From positions 2,624,001-2,688,000 of the forward strand of contig CBDETK010000013.1 of assembly GCA_965242865.1 (NCBI GenBank): a stretch of 64,000 nucleotides of DNA. Direction: 5' to 3'. The notes under the pieces were generated by a model, which was not told the DNA's origin, made no database searches, and worked only from the letters and a program-made list of their open reading frames with translations. This DNA comes from Candidatus Latescibacterota bacterium (GTDB lineage Bacteria > Latescibacterota > UBA2968 > UBA8231). The first letter of the stretch is position 1; the number at the start of each line of letters is the position of its first letter. The translations under genes were made by a program, and so were the position numbers. This document shows, piece after piece, positions 1 through 8,487 of the stretch.

Positions 1-1
1 C

Positions 2-394
2 GGCGCGGTGGCCGGGGACTTTGACGACGATGGCCGCTTAGACCTGTTCGTCACCAACCTCAACGGCCGGCCCTCCCTGCTGCACAACCAGACGACCGCT
101 GACCACCACTGGCTCGGCCTGCGCCTTGTGGGCGCGGGAAAAAACCGCGAGGCCGTTGGTGCGAAGGTCGTATTGTGGAGCGGCGGTCAAAAGCAGCGGC
201 GGGATGTGCTCTGCGGCGAGAGCTTCTTGGGCAGCGGCGACCGGCGCGTGCATTTTGGCTTGGGCGCAACGGGCCGAGCGGATTCGCTGCACATCTATTG
301 GCCGAGCGGGGTGCTGCAACGGCTAATTGACTTGCCGATTGATGAGTATGTGAGGGTTGAGGAGGGAGTTGATGGCGGCGTTGGAGTTTGGTAG
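2..394 (+). CDS. CRTAC1/ASPIC-UnbV family protein, 3' end (5' part outside window)
   Basis: FG-GAP motif GDFDDDGRLDLFVTN, then WLGLRLVG..NREAVGAKV..G.SFLG..RVHFGLG..IYWPSG, typical of the ASPIC/UnbV C-terminus. Confidence 0.9.
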   Translation, partial: GAVAGDFDDDGRLDLFVTNLNGRPSLLHNQTTADHHWLGLRLVGAGKNREAVGAKVVLWSGGQKQRRDVLCGESFLGSGDRRVHFGLGATGRADSLHIYWPSGVLQRLIDLPIDEYVRVEEGVDGGVGVW

Positions 395-522
395 GTTGTC
401 CGTCGATAGCACTGAATGGCGGTATAGTTGAGGATAGTAGGGCCGCTGTTCCGACACACTTTCACTTCGTGTGACCAGATGCCCCGGTTGCTAGTACACA
501 TAAACTATTGGAGATGATTAAG

Positions 523-1917
523 ATGTTCGAGCGTTTGCGAATACAAAACTTTAAGGGGTGGCAGGATACTGGCCGCATTCGCATGGCTCCTATTACTCTT
601 TTCTTTGGTGCCAACAGTTCCGGCAAGTCCAGTATCGGCCAGTTTCTGATGATGCTAAAGCAGACGGTTGAATCACCAGATAGGAAGGCGGTGTTTCACC
701 TTGGTGGGAAAAACACAGCGGTCCAACTCGGCTCCTATCGGGAAATGGTTTTTCGCCGCGATCCAAAAAAGGAAATCTCGTTTGAGTATCAGTGGTCGCT
801 TCCCAACAGCTTAACAATTAAGGATCCTATTTCAGAGCGATCACTTAAAGGAGATGCGTTAGTTTTTGCAGCAGAAGTAGGATTGAGCGACTCAAATTTG
901 CTTGAAGTTAAAAAAACCAAATACCGAGTTTTTAAGGAAGACTATCAGTCGCTGTCCGTTGGGTTAGAAGAAGGCGATAAACGGAATTACGCGGTATCCG
1001 CGGAGGGGTACGATCTCGTCAGAAAAAGAGGACGTGGCTGGCCTCTAAGAGGCCCTGTGCGCTTCTATGGCTTTCCAGACGAGGCGGTTACCTATTACCA
1101 GAACGCTGAGTTTCTTCAGGAACTGAACCTAGAGCAAGAATTGTTGTTCAAATCCATCTACTATCTTGGCCCGCTTAGAACAAGGGCCGATAGACTTTAT
1201 ACATGGACTGGTATCACGCCTGAAAGCGTTGGTTTTGCAGGCGAAAATACCGTAGCAGCCATTCTTGCTGCACGAGACCGTAGAATTAGCTTGGGGCACC
1301 GGAAGCGAACCAAGCGATTAGAGGAGATCGTCTCCTCCAAGTTGGAGAAGATGGGATTGCTCGAGAAATTCAAGGTCGATTCCATCCCTGAGCAAAGGCA
1401 AGAATATGAAGTCAAGGTGCACGCGAAAGGCTCAGCGGATTGGGTAGATCTCCCAGATGTCGGCTTTGGCATTTCGCAGGTACTCCCAGTGCTCGTGCAG
1501 TGTTTTTACGCTCCACCGGGATCAATAATCATCATGGAGCAGCCAGAAATCCACCTTCACCCCAGTGCTCAATCGGCCCTAGCCGATGTGATGATTGATG
1601 TGATCAATTCCAAGGAAAATGGTAGAGACAGAAATATCCAGTTGATCATTGAAACCCACTCCGAGCACTTTTTGCGACGCCTACAAAGGAGAATTGCAGA
1701 AGGTGTCATAGATGAGGCAACAGTGTCGGCTTACTTCGCCGATATTAACAAATTTCCCGCCAAGTTAGAGCCTCTACAAATAGACGAGTACGGCAACATT
1801 CAGAACTGGCCGGAACATTTCTTTGGCGATGAGATGGGGGACATTCTCGCGCAGACTGAGGCAGGCATAAAAAGGAGGATGCAATCACAACAAGACACTC
1901 GTGGATTGGAGAAATAA
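523..1917 (+). CDS. ABC-type (AAA_15/AAA_21) ATPase with DUF3696-like C-terminus
   Basis: N-terminal LRIQNFKG, Walker A GANSSGKS, degenerate signature DVGFGISQVLP, Walker B/D-loop IIIMEQPEIHLHP, H-loop IETHS, C-terminal DEYGNIQNWPEHFF; GGAG RBS before ATG 523; AT-richer than flanks. Confidence 0.9.
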   Translation: MFERLRIQNFKGWQDTGRIRMAPITLFFGANSSGKSSIGQFLMMLKQTVESPDRKAVFHLGGKNTAVQLGSYREMVFRRDPKKEISFEYQWSLPNSLTIKDPISERSLKGDALVFAAEVGLSDSNLLEVKKTKYRVFKEDYQSLSVGLEEGDKRNYAVSAEGYDLVRKRGRGWPLRGPVRFYGFPDEAVTYYQNAEFLQELNLEQELLFKSIYYLGPLRTRADRLYTWTGITPESVGFAGENTVAAILAARDRRISLGHRKRTKRLEEIVSSKLEKMGLLEKFKVDSIPEQRQEYEVKVHAKGSADWVDLPDVGFGISQVLPVLVQCFYAPPGSIIIMEQPEIHLHPSAQSALADVMIDVINSKENGRDRNIQLIIETHSEHFLRRLQRRIAEGVIDEATVSAYFADINKFPAKLEPLQIDEYGNIQNWPEHFFGDEMGDILAQTEAGIKRRMQSQQDTRGLEK

Positions 1918-1919
1918 AA

Positions 1920-2445
1920 ATGAAATTCGTCATAGATACCAATGTCGCCATTGTAGCTAATGGCCGAAAGGACGATCTTCCGTCTGATATTCCAAAGAAT
2001 TGCATTAATGAATCTATCGAGAAAATTAAAAATGTCACAGAAAAAAATTATTGTCTCGTTGTTGATGCTGCTGACGAAATTTTCTATGAATACATAAAGA
2101 GCCCCTACCTTTCTTTGAGAGGTCAGCCCGGTATTGGGGACAAATTTGTCAAATGGGTACATGATCATCAATTTAATCCAAGTAAAGTGGCCCGCGTAGA
2201 AATCACCAAAAGCGGAAGCTCTTACAAAGAATTTCCCGACCACCCTGATTTGCATAACGTTTGATTCTTCTGATCGCAAGTTCGTCGCTGTCGCAAATGC
2301 CCATCCTGAAAAGCCGCCTATTTTACAGGCAACGGATAGCAAGTGGTGGGGATGGAAGGATGCTTTGGCCGAAGTTGGAATTACGGTCTGTTTTCTCTGT
2401 CAAGAATTTGTTGAGAAAAAGTACGCGGATAAGATGGGTGCGTGA
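1920..2445 (+). pseudogene. PIN-domain RNase, split by a +1 frameshift near 2259
   Basis: Starts MKFVIDTNV (PIN first Asp). Frame 0 stops at ..AAC GTT TGA (2264); the +1 frame continues FDSSDRKFVAVANAH..ILQATDSKWWGW..KMGA to TGA 2445, which overlaps the next start (GTGA). Confidence 0.8.
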
Positions 2446-3131
2446 TCGACGCTTTCTTTAAGTTCCCCTCAACGCCACACTTGGCACTCCTCGGCGACGC
2501 CGATGTCAGGAATGATAAGGTCTTGACGGTAGCCGAGCGGAATGAATTTTTGTGCCGTGAGTTGGTCGTCGAAGAAAAAATCGATGGGGCCAATCTCGGC
2601 ATTTCGTTTGATCTCGACGGAAATATTCGCGCCCAAAATCGGGGCGCGTACTTGGAGCTTCCCCGGTCAGGACAATGGAAAAAGCTCTCGGAGTGGTTGA
2701 CGCCGAGAACAGAGACGTTTTTTGAACATCTGTTTGACCGTTACATCCTTTTTGGGGAATGGTGCTATGCTCGGCACACGGTCTTCTACGACCGGCTACC
2801 GGACTGGTTTCTCGGATTCGACGTCTATGATAGGGAAACGGACCGATTTTTATCTTGCGACCGACGCAATGAGCTCTTTCGCTCTATTCGCATTTGTCCC
2901 GTCCCGACCGTCAGACGCGGTTGCTTCACGCTCTCAGAACTGAGCGAACTTCTATTGCAGTCAATGCTCGGCGAGCACCCCGCAGAAGGCATTTATCTCC
3001 GGTCTGATCGCAGTGGCTGGTTGGTTCAGAGGGCCAAGTTGGTTCGTCCCGCCTTTGTTCAGTCAATAGAGCAGCACTGGTCTCGTAAGGACATTGCGCC
3101 CAATCGGTTGAAGTGGGAGGTTCGGACATGA
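2442..3131 (+). CDS. ATP-dependent RNA ligase family protein (Rnl2-like nucleotidyltransferase)
   Basis: Motif I EEKIDGAN, motif III LFGEW, IIIa FLGFDVYD, IV EGIYL, V RAKLV; N-terminal KFPSTPHL. Confidence 0.85.
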   Translation: MIDAFFKFPSTPHLALLGDADVRNDKVLTVAERNEFLCRELVVEEKIDGANLGISFDLDGNIRAQNRGAYLELPRSGQWKKLSEWLTPRTETFFEHLFDRYILFGEWCYARHTVFYDRLPDWFLGFDVYDRETDRFLSCDRRNELFRSIRICPVPTVRRGCFTLSELSELLLQSMLGEHPAEGIYLRSDRSGWLVQRAKLVRPAFVQSIEQHWSRKDIAPNRLKWEVRT

Positions 3132-3171
3132 GTACATCCCTGCTAGCGGCTCAGTGTCTTGCTGGTCACCA

Positions 3172-3409
3172 ACTTTGACGACGATGGCCGCTTAGACCTG
3201 TTCGTCACCAACCTCAACGGCCGGCCCTCCCTGCTGCACAACCAGACGACCGCTACCCACCACTGGCTCGGCCTGCTCCTTGTGGGCGCGGGAAAAAACC
3301 GCGAGGCGGTCGGCGCGAAGGTCGTATTGTGGAGTGGCGGTCAAAGGCAGCGGCGGGATGTGCTCTGCGGCGAGAGCTTCTTGGGCAGCGGCGACCGGCG
3401 CGTGCATTT
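3172..3409 (+). repeat. 238-bp direct-repeat remnant of the ASPIC/UnbV gene (copy of 18-255)
   Basis: Ungapped match to 18-255 at offset 3154, about 8 substitutions by eye; truncated at ..RVH. Confidence 0.95.
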
Positions 3410-3414
3410 AAATA

Positions 3415-3431
3415 ATTTAGGATGGCTATAT
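3415..3431 (-). mobile_element. isolated MITE-like terminus
   Basis: Reverse complement ATATAGCCATCCTAAAT matches 43058-43074 ATATAGCCGTCCTAAAT at 16/17. Confidence 0.55.
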
Positions 3432-3449
3432 CGGTGTGTTAGGCATCGG

Positions 3450-3658
3450 GAAGGTGGTTTTTTATAAACCGTTGCGTCGTCTTTTTTTCTTATATCAAGC
3501 TCGTATGAGCATCAATCACAATTTCGCCTACCTTATAGCCATTTTTATCTTTCAGGGGCACCCGCCAGATACGATAGCGATCATCTACTTCTGGAAGTCC
3601 AAACTGAATCGCATTGTCGAGATCAATATCTTTTAGATAATTCACAGAAACAACAGTC
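3450..3658 (-). pseudogene. AT-rich gene fragment, possibly the N-terminus of a site-specific DNA methyltransferase
   Basis: Minus frame reads NYLKDIDLDNAIQFGLPEVDDRYRIWRVPLKDKNGYKVGEIVIDAHTSLI*EKKTT; no start, in-frame stop; family call is from recollection only. Confidence 0.4.
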
Positions 3659-3681
3659 TAAGGCGTAACGAACGCACGTGC

Positions 3682-5178
3682 CTAGCGGCGATACTGGTCG
3701 AGCGTCCCTCGTCTCGGATCGAAGGTCGTAGCGTGGTTCCACGAGGCGTCGTGCTGGTGCATCACGTCCCGGATTAGGCGACGGCGATAGAGGCTGTCGA
3801 GATTGTCGGCGGCCATTTTATCGGGGTCGAAGTGGTCTAAAATCAGCCCGCGTAAGTGCGTCTCAACTGCGGCGTACTCAGCCTCCCCGGCGAGATTGTT
3901 CCACTCGCCGGGATCGTTCTCCAAATCAAAAAGCTGTGGCTGGTGGCCGTGGATGTAATTGTATTTGAACCGGTCCTCGCGGACCATGATGCAGGGGGCA
4001 CCCACGGCCTCGTGGGCTTGGGCGAAGATGGGGCGTCCCGCTTGCTGGCCCTCAATAATTGGCAGGAGGCTGGTGCCATCGTGGGGCAAGCGCGCCTCGG
4101 CACCGGCTAATTCGCAAAAGGTCGGCAGCAGGTCGAGGAGTGAGGTCGGCGTCTCAATGGTGGCACCGGCCCGCCACTGGTCGGGGAAGCGGACGATGAG
4201 GGGAACTCGGCAGGACCACTCGTAAAAACAGCGTTTCTGCACCATCTCCTTTTCGCACAGCATGTCGCCGTGGTCGGAGGTAAAGACCACAACCGTGTTG
4301 TCGAGCAGGCCCGTTTGCTCCAAAGTCGCCAGCAAACAACCGACCTTGTCGTCGAGGTACGTCACCAAGCCGTAGTACGCGCGGCGCAGGCGGCGCAGAC
4401 TTGCGGGATCGCGCAAGTTGAAGCGGCGGGTGCCGTGGTAGGTATTGAGCCAGCGATCCATCGCCGAGTAGGTCTCGTCGAGGTGAGCCGGGAATTCGGG
4501 GATGGCAATTTCGGCGTCGGCGTAGCGGTCCCAGTGCGCTTGCGGCGGATGGAACGGCTCGTGTGGGTGGTGGAAGGAAGCGCAGAGGAAGAAGGGGGCG
4601 TCGCCGCGTTGAGCGCGGAGGTACTCGACGGAGCGGAAGAGCGTTTCTTCGTCGTAGCTGAGGGCGTCGTGCCAGAAGTTGACGCGCACGGCTTGGCCGG
4701 TGTAGCCACCAGCGTTGTACGTGGGTCGGTTGCCCATGACCTCTTGGTAGTTATCTCCCTTGGTCTCCTTGATGCGGATCCACTCTTCCTTGACCCACGA
4801 AAAGTCGGGCGGGTAGATGTCGGTCGTCAGCCGGCGGTGGAAGCCGTGTAGTTGGTCTGGGCCGACAAAGTGCATCTTGCCCGAAAGCACGGTGTCGTAC
4901 CCAGCGTCGCTGAGGTAGTGGGCGTATGACGGCACATCCGCGGCCAAGAGCGCGCCGTTGTCCCAAGCACCGATCGCGGAGGCGTGGCGTCCGCTGGTGA
5001 TGCAGGCGCGGCCTGGGGCGCACAAGGGGAACGGAGTGTAGGCCGCGTCAAAGCGGACGCCTTCGGCGGCGAGGCGATTCAAGTGCGGCGTCTGGACGAC
5101 CGGGTGGCCGTAGGCTCCGGTCAGAGCGGCGATGAGTTGATCGGACATGATGAAGAGGATGTTGGGGCGGGCGGGCAT
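3682..5178 (-). CDS. Cys-type sulfatase (choline-sulfatase-like)
   Basis: PNILFIMSDQ, CAPGR (CxPxR), GKMHF, TSDHGDML, QLFDLENDPGE. Confidence 0.93.
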   Translation of the reverse strand: MPARPNILFIMSDQLIAALTGAYGHPVVQTPHLNRLAAEGVRFDAAYTPFPLCAPGRACITSGRHASAIGAWDNGALLAADVPSYAHYLSDAGYDTVLSGKMHFVGPDQLHGFHRRLTTDIYPPDFSWVKEEWIRIKETKGDNYQEVMGNRPTYNAGGYTGQAVRVNFWHDALSYDEETLFRSVEYLRAQRGDAPFFLCASFHHPHEPFHPPQAHWDRYADAEIAIPEFPAHLDETYSAMDRWLNTYHGTRRFNLRDPASLRRLRRAYYGLVTYLDDKVGCLLATLEQTGLLDNTVVVFTSDHGDMLCEKEMVQKRCFYEWSCRVPLIVRFPDQWRAGATIETPTSLLDLLPTFCELAGAEARLPHDGTSLLPIIEGQQAGRPIFAQAHEAVGAPCIMVREDRFKYNYIHGHQPQLFDLENDPGEWNNLAGEAEYAAVETHLRGLILDHFDPDKMAADNLDSLYRRRLIRDVMHQHDASWNHATTFDPRRGTLDQYRR

Positions 5179-5182
5179 GGCT

Positions 5183-6166
5183 TTAGCTTTCGGGTGAAAG
5201 GGATTTCTTTACGTAGGCAACCGACTGCTCGAACTGCTCCAGTTCATAAGCAACCCGCACAGCGGCACTCGCGCCGCGCTCGTGCGGCGTCTGCCAATCG
5301 TCGGGATCGTCGGCCGCCTGATGCAGGGTGCGGATGGCATGTATGGCTTCGTCGAGAGGTCGCTCGGGAAAGGTCGCCCACCAGTCCGCTTCCAACAGGC
5401 GAATGTGGCGGGCGACGCTCGCGCCGAGTTCAATGCAGCCCTCGACCTGCGGCACCGCGCGGTTGAATAGCGCGATTATCTCCGGCCAGTTGACGACCCC
5501 GTCGCCGATGGCACAGCGCTTGAGGCGATAGCCCGAGGGCGTGGGGTGGACCGCGTAGTCCTTGAGGTGGACGTGTTTGAGGATGGGCAAGATGCGCTCG
5601 GCAAAGGATCGGGGATGCTCGCCGACGGCAAGGGCATTGCCTACGTCCATGGTGACGCCGAGTTGCGGGCTGCCGACTTTTTCGCACAGCGACAGCAATT
5701 CCCACGAGCACAGATCCTGGTGGTTTTCAATGCCCACTGGAATACCGTATTCCTCGGCAAGTGGCATGACTTCTTTGAAGGGCTGTACCAAGGCTTCGAT
5801 GTAAGCTCGCATCCCCTCGGCGCCATACTCGGTGCGGTTGCCTTCGACGAGGCGGCTGACAGTGGTGCGCACGGCGCGAGCCCCGGTTTGGTGCGCGGTC
5901 TCAATGGCTTGGCGCAGCGGCGCGATGTCTGCGGCGTAGTCGTCGCCGCCGGTGTCCAAAAACAGATTGAGACCCGCACGCGTCTCGGCAAAAACCGCCC
6001 GCTGCTCGGGCGAGCAGTCGCCCAGCCATTGGGCGGCGAATTCGACGCTGTGGAGGCCCGCGTCCTTGGCCAAGCGCGTCAGGCCCTCGGGGGTGTGGGG
6101 GGCCAGGGCGCGACCGGCTTCGCGGTGGGCGCCGGTAAAGCTCCAAGCGCAGAGGCCGATTTTCAT
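5183..6166 (-). CDS. sugar phosphate isomerase/epimerase (AP endonuclease 2 TIM barrel)
   Basis: MKIGLCAWS start (ATGA overlap with hisS-remnant stop), IENHQD, MDVGN, HVHLKD, IGDGVVNW. Confidence 0.88.
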   Translation of the reverse strand: MKIGLCAWSFTGAHREAGRALAPHTPEGLTRLAKDAGLHSVEFAAQWLGDCSPEQRAVFAETRAGLNLFLDTGGDDYAADIAPLRQAIETAHQTGARAVRTTVSRLVEGNRTEYGAEGMRAYIEALVQPFKEVMPLAEEYGIPVGIENHQDLCSWELLSLCEKVGSPQLGVTMDVGNALAVGEHPRSFAERILPILKHVHLKDYAVHPTPSGYRLKRCAIGDGVVNWPEIIALFNRAVPQVEGCIELGASVARHIRLLEADWWATFPERPLDEAIHAIRTLHQAADDPDDWQTPHERGASAAVRVAYELEQFEQSVAYVKKSLSPES

Positions 6167-6361
6167 GCGCGGCTCGTTTCGGTCAACTGGTCGAGAGGGA
6201 CGTTTTGCTCGACGCCGGTGGATAGGGTTTTGATCCGCACCTGACCGGCGGCCCATTCGTCCGGGGCCAGCAAGACCAGCCGAGCGGCCCCGAGCTGGTC
6301 GGCGCGGCGAAAGGCCCAGCGGACTTTTTTGTCTTCGAGGACCAAGTCAACCGAGCGGCCG
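6163..6361 (-). pseudogene. duplicated 3' end of hisS (anticodon-binding domain tail)
   Basis: 5968-6361 matches 8289-8682 (394 bp, about 3 substitutions); encodes GRSVDLVLEDKKVRWAF..TETSRA. Confidence 0.95.
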
Positions 6362-6388
6362 TTATCCACAGACCGCTCGCTACGAGGA

Positions 6389-6985
6389 TTAGTTTTCCAC
6401 GCTTTCAAATAGATCCAAGTGCTCACCTGTGCCAACGAGTCTCCCATGTAAATGCCGAATGTCAATCACTGCCCCAAAGCGAATGAATATCTTTTCAAAG
6501 TGCTCGTACTGCGGCCCCCAATAGATCAGTGCGCAGGACATCGGGGCACCCTTACCGCCATCCTTCCCGTTTACGAGGAAGCGCAGCCGGGTGTCGTAGA
6601 GAAATGCAACCGCAGTAGCAGTGCCAAACACGTATTGTTTCCAGTGGCGAGTATTCGTGGCGACGGGCACTAGAGCGATCACTTCAACACCATGTTGTAC
6701 GTGAGCTTCGGTGCATTTTCGGAGCCAATCTCGAATCGTGGTGCCTCTCTCGCGGTCCCTGCCGTATGGAGGATTGACGAAAACGGTAGGATAATCCCAC
6801 GACGCCGACAACCCGTCAATCTCAGGCAGGGAGTACTCTACAGTCGCCCTCACGATAGAATGGCGATTGGCGCATGGGTCCAACGCGACTGATCCGGCAA
6901 AAAACTCTCGTATCGCGTTAACGTACTTTGGAGGGGTACACCAATGTTGGCTTAGCACTTCGGCATTGTTGCGTCCTGCGGTCAT
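6389..6985 (-). CDS. small DNA N6-adenine methyltransferase (phage Dam-like family)
   Basis: W.TP, ALDPCA (motif I-like), DGL...W, VFVNPPYG (motif IV), ALVPVATNTRHW, RLRF. Confidence 0.88.
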   Translation of the reverse strand: MTAGRNNAEVLSQHWCTPPKYVNAIREFFAGSVALDPCANRHSIVRATVEYSLPEIDGLSASWDYPTVFVNPPYGRDRERGTTIRDWLRKCTEAHVQHGVEVIALVPVATNTRHWKQYVFGTATAVAFLYDTRLRFLVNGKDGGKGAPMSCALIYWGPQYEHFEKIFIRFGAVIDIRHLHGRLVGTGEHLDLFESVEN

Positions 6986-6999
6986 GCCTAGCCGTCCTC

Positions 7000-8115
7000 C
7001 TACCAGTCTTTTGCGGCAAGTTTTCGCAAGTCAGCCTGAAGGTTCTCAATCGTACCGTCACGGGGAGAGATGATGTTAAACCACGTCTCGATCTCAGCTT
7101 CGTGCGCCGTGAAGTAGCTTCGGAGTGCCTCGTCTGCGTCAGTGGCCATGCGCACCTTGGTAAATATATTCGTTCCAGATCCGCGGGGATAACTCGCCAA
7201 GAATGCCTCACGAACAGGTGCCAACTCTGGTGTGGGATTGATCAGCAGCCTGTCAATGAACTGGGACAACCCAGCATCGGTAAGGAACAAAAGCCAGTCG
7301 TATGACTGAGCCAGAACGCGAAGTTCCTTGTTGTGGTTGTCAGAGGTAAACCAGTTACCATGGTTGCTGACGACGCCAACGGAGAGTACGAATCCAGCGA
7401 GTTCGATAATCGACGATGCGTCAATGGCTTCCCGGAGTAGTTCGTCGTATAGGCCGGTTCGAAAGCTACCGTCGGATTGTTCCATGACTCCTTGGAACTG
7501 CCCATTCCTAAGCCGCACTTTTTGCAGGGAAGACACGGACCGTGCAACATAAGCACCCTGTTTTGCCTTTTCAATCGTCTGCGGCCCTTTTCGCATCCCT
7601 TCCTCCACGCCTACGCGCTTGCATTCAAAGATCGCGAACGGATCCCTGGAGAGCAGACATACGATGAGTTTGCAAATAGAACCATTCAATGTATCAACAT
7701 TAGCAATAACTGGACCTGTTTTGCTCTCTATAAGGACAGCTGCGTTGCGCTTCACGGCGTCTTTGCTGAGTACCTGAGTTGATTTGACAGCCATTCCTCG
7801 TAGAAAGGGCAAGTGATGCTTGATCTTTGCGGCCGTGAGAGGAAGGGATAACGAGGCGATCTCGACTTCATGGCGTTCTCTGATGGGGTGAAGTGAGAAC
7901 TCGACGTTGTGCAATATCTCAGGGTTGGCGAACTCAGGCACTGAGCGCTCAATGACGATATGGTCACGAAGATTCCACGTACGGAGAGTGTAAAATGCGA
8001 CGATCTCAACGAGCGTCCCCAACGCACGACCTGCGGCCTTCTTTCGGTCCGCGGCGTAACGGAAGACCGTGTCTGCCAGAGTTCTTTGAAGTGCATCAAC
8101 TGACTCAAAGACCAA
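7000..8115 (-). CDS. putative type II restriction endonuclease (PD-(D/E)XK)
   Basis: GTLVE helix and AIFECKRVG catalytic-type motif; directly upstream of the methyltransferase; AT-richer than flanks. Confidence 0.7.
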   Translation of the reverse strand: MVFESVDALQRTLADTVFRYAADRKKAAGRALGTLVEIVAFYTLRTWNLRDHIVIERSVPEFANPEILHNVEFSLHPIRERHEVEIASLSLPLTAAKIKHHLPFLRGMAVKSTQVLSKDAVKRNAAVLIESKTGPVIANVDTLNGSICKLIVCLLSRDPFAIFECKRVGVEEGMRKGPQTIEKAKQGAYVARSVSSLQKVRLRNGQFQGVMEQSDGSFRTGLYDELLREAIDASSIIELAGFVLSVGVVSNHGNWFTSDNHNKELRVLAQSYDWLLFLTDAGLSQFIDRLLINPTPELAPVREAFLASYPRGSGTNIFTKVRMATDADEALRSYFTAHEAEIETWFNIISPRDGTIENLQADLRKLAAKDW

Positions 8116-8208
8116 TAGGTTTCTCCTAGCTTGTTCTGCTAATCCTGTCTAAATATAGAGGTCAGCCACGGTTTGTCCGCATCGTCTGCCGCGGCGTAAC
8201 GCACGTGC

Positions 8209-8487
8209 CTAGCGGCGATACTGGTCGAGTGCCCCTTGTCTCGGATCAAAGGTCGTAGCGTGGTTCCACGAGGCGTCGTGCTGGTACATGAGACCCGCGC
8301 GCATCTCGGCAAAAACCGCCCGCTGCTCGGGCGAGCAGTCGCCCAGCCATTGGGCGGCGAATTCGACGCTGTGGAGGCCCGCGTCCTTGGCCAAGCGCGT
8401 CAGGCCCTCGGGGGTGTGGGGGGCCAGGGCGCGACCGGCTTCGCGGTGGGCGCCGGTAAAGCTCCAAGCGCAGAGGCCGATTTTCAT
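8209..8487 (-). pseudogene. in-frame chimera: first 66 codons of the isomerase fused to the last 26 codons of the sulfatase
   Basis: 8289-8487 equals 5968-6166 and 8193-8289 resembles 3662-3762; junction equals a 2206-bp deletion of the isomerase-sulfatase operon. Confidence 0.9.

Noticed and set aside
6362-6370. Perfect DnaA box TTATCCACA
   Set aside because: Single copy at a cassette junction, no box cluster or oriC context; probably chance
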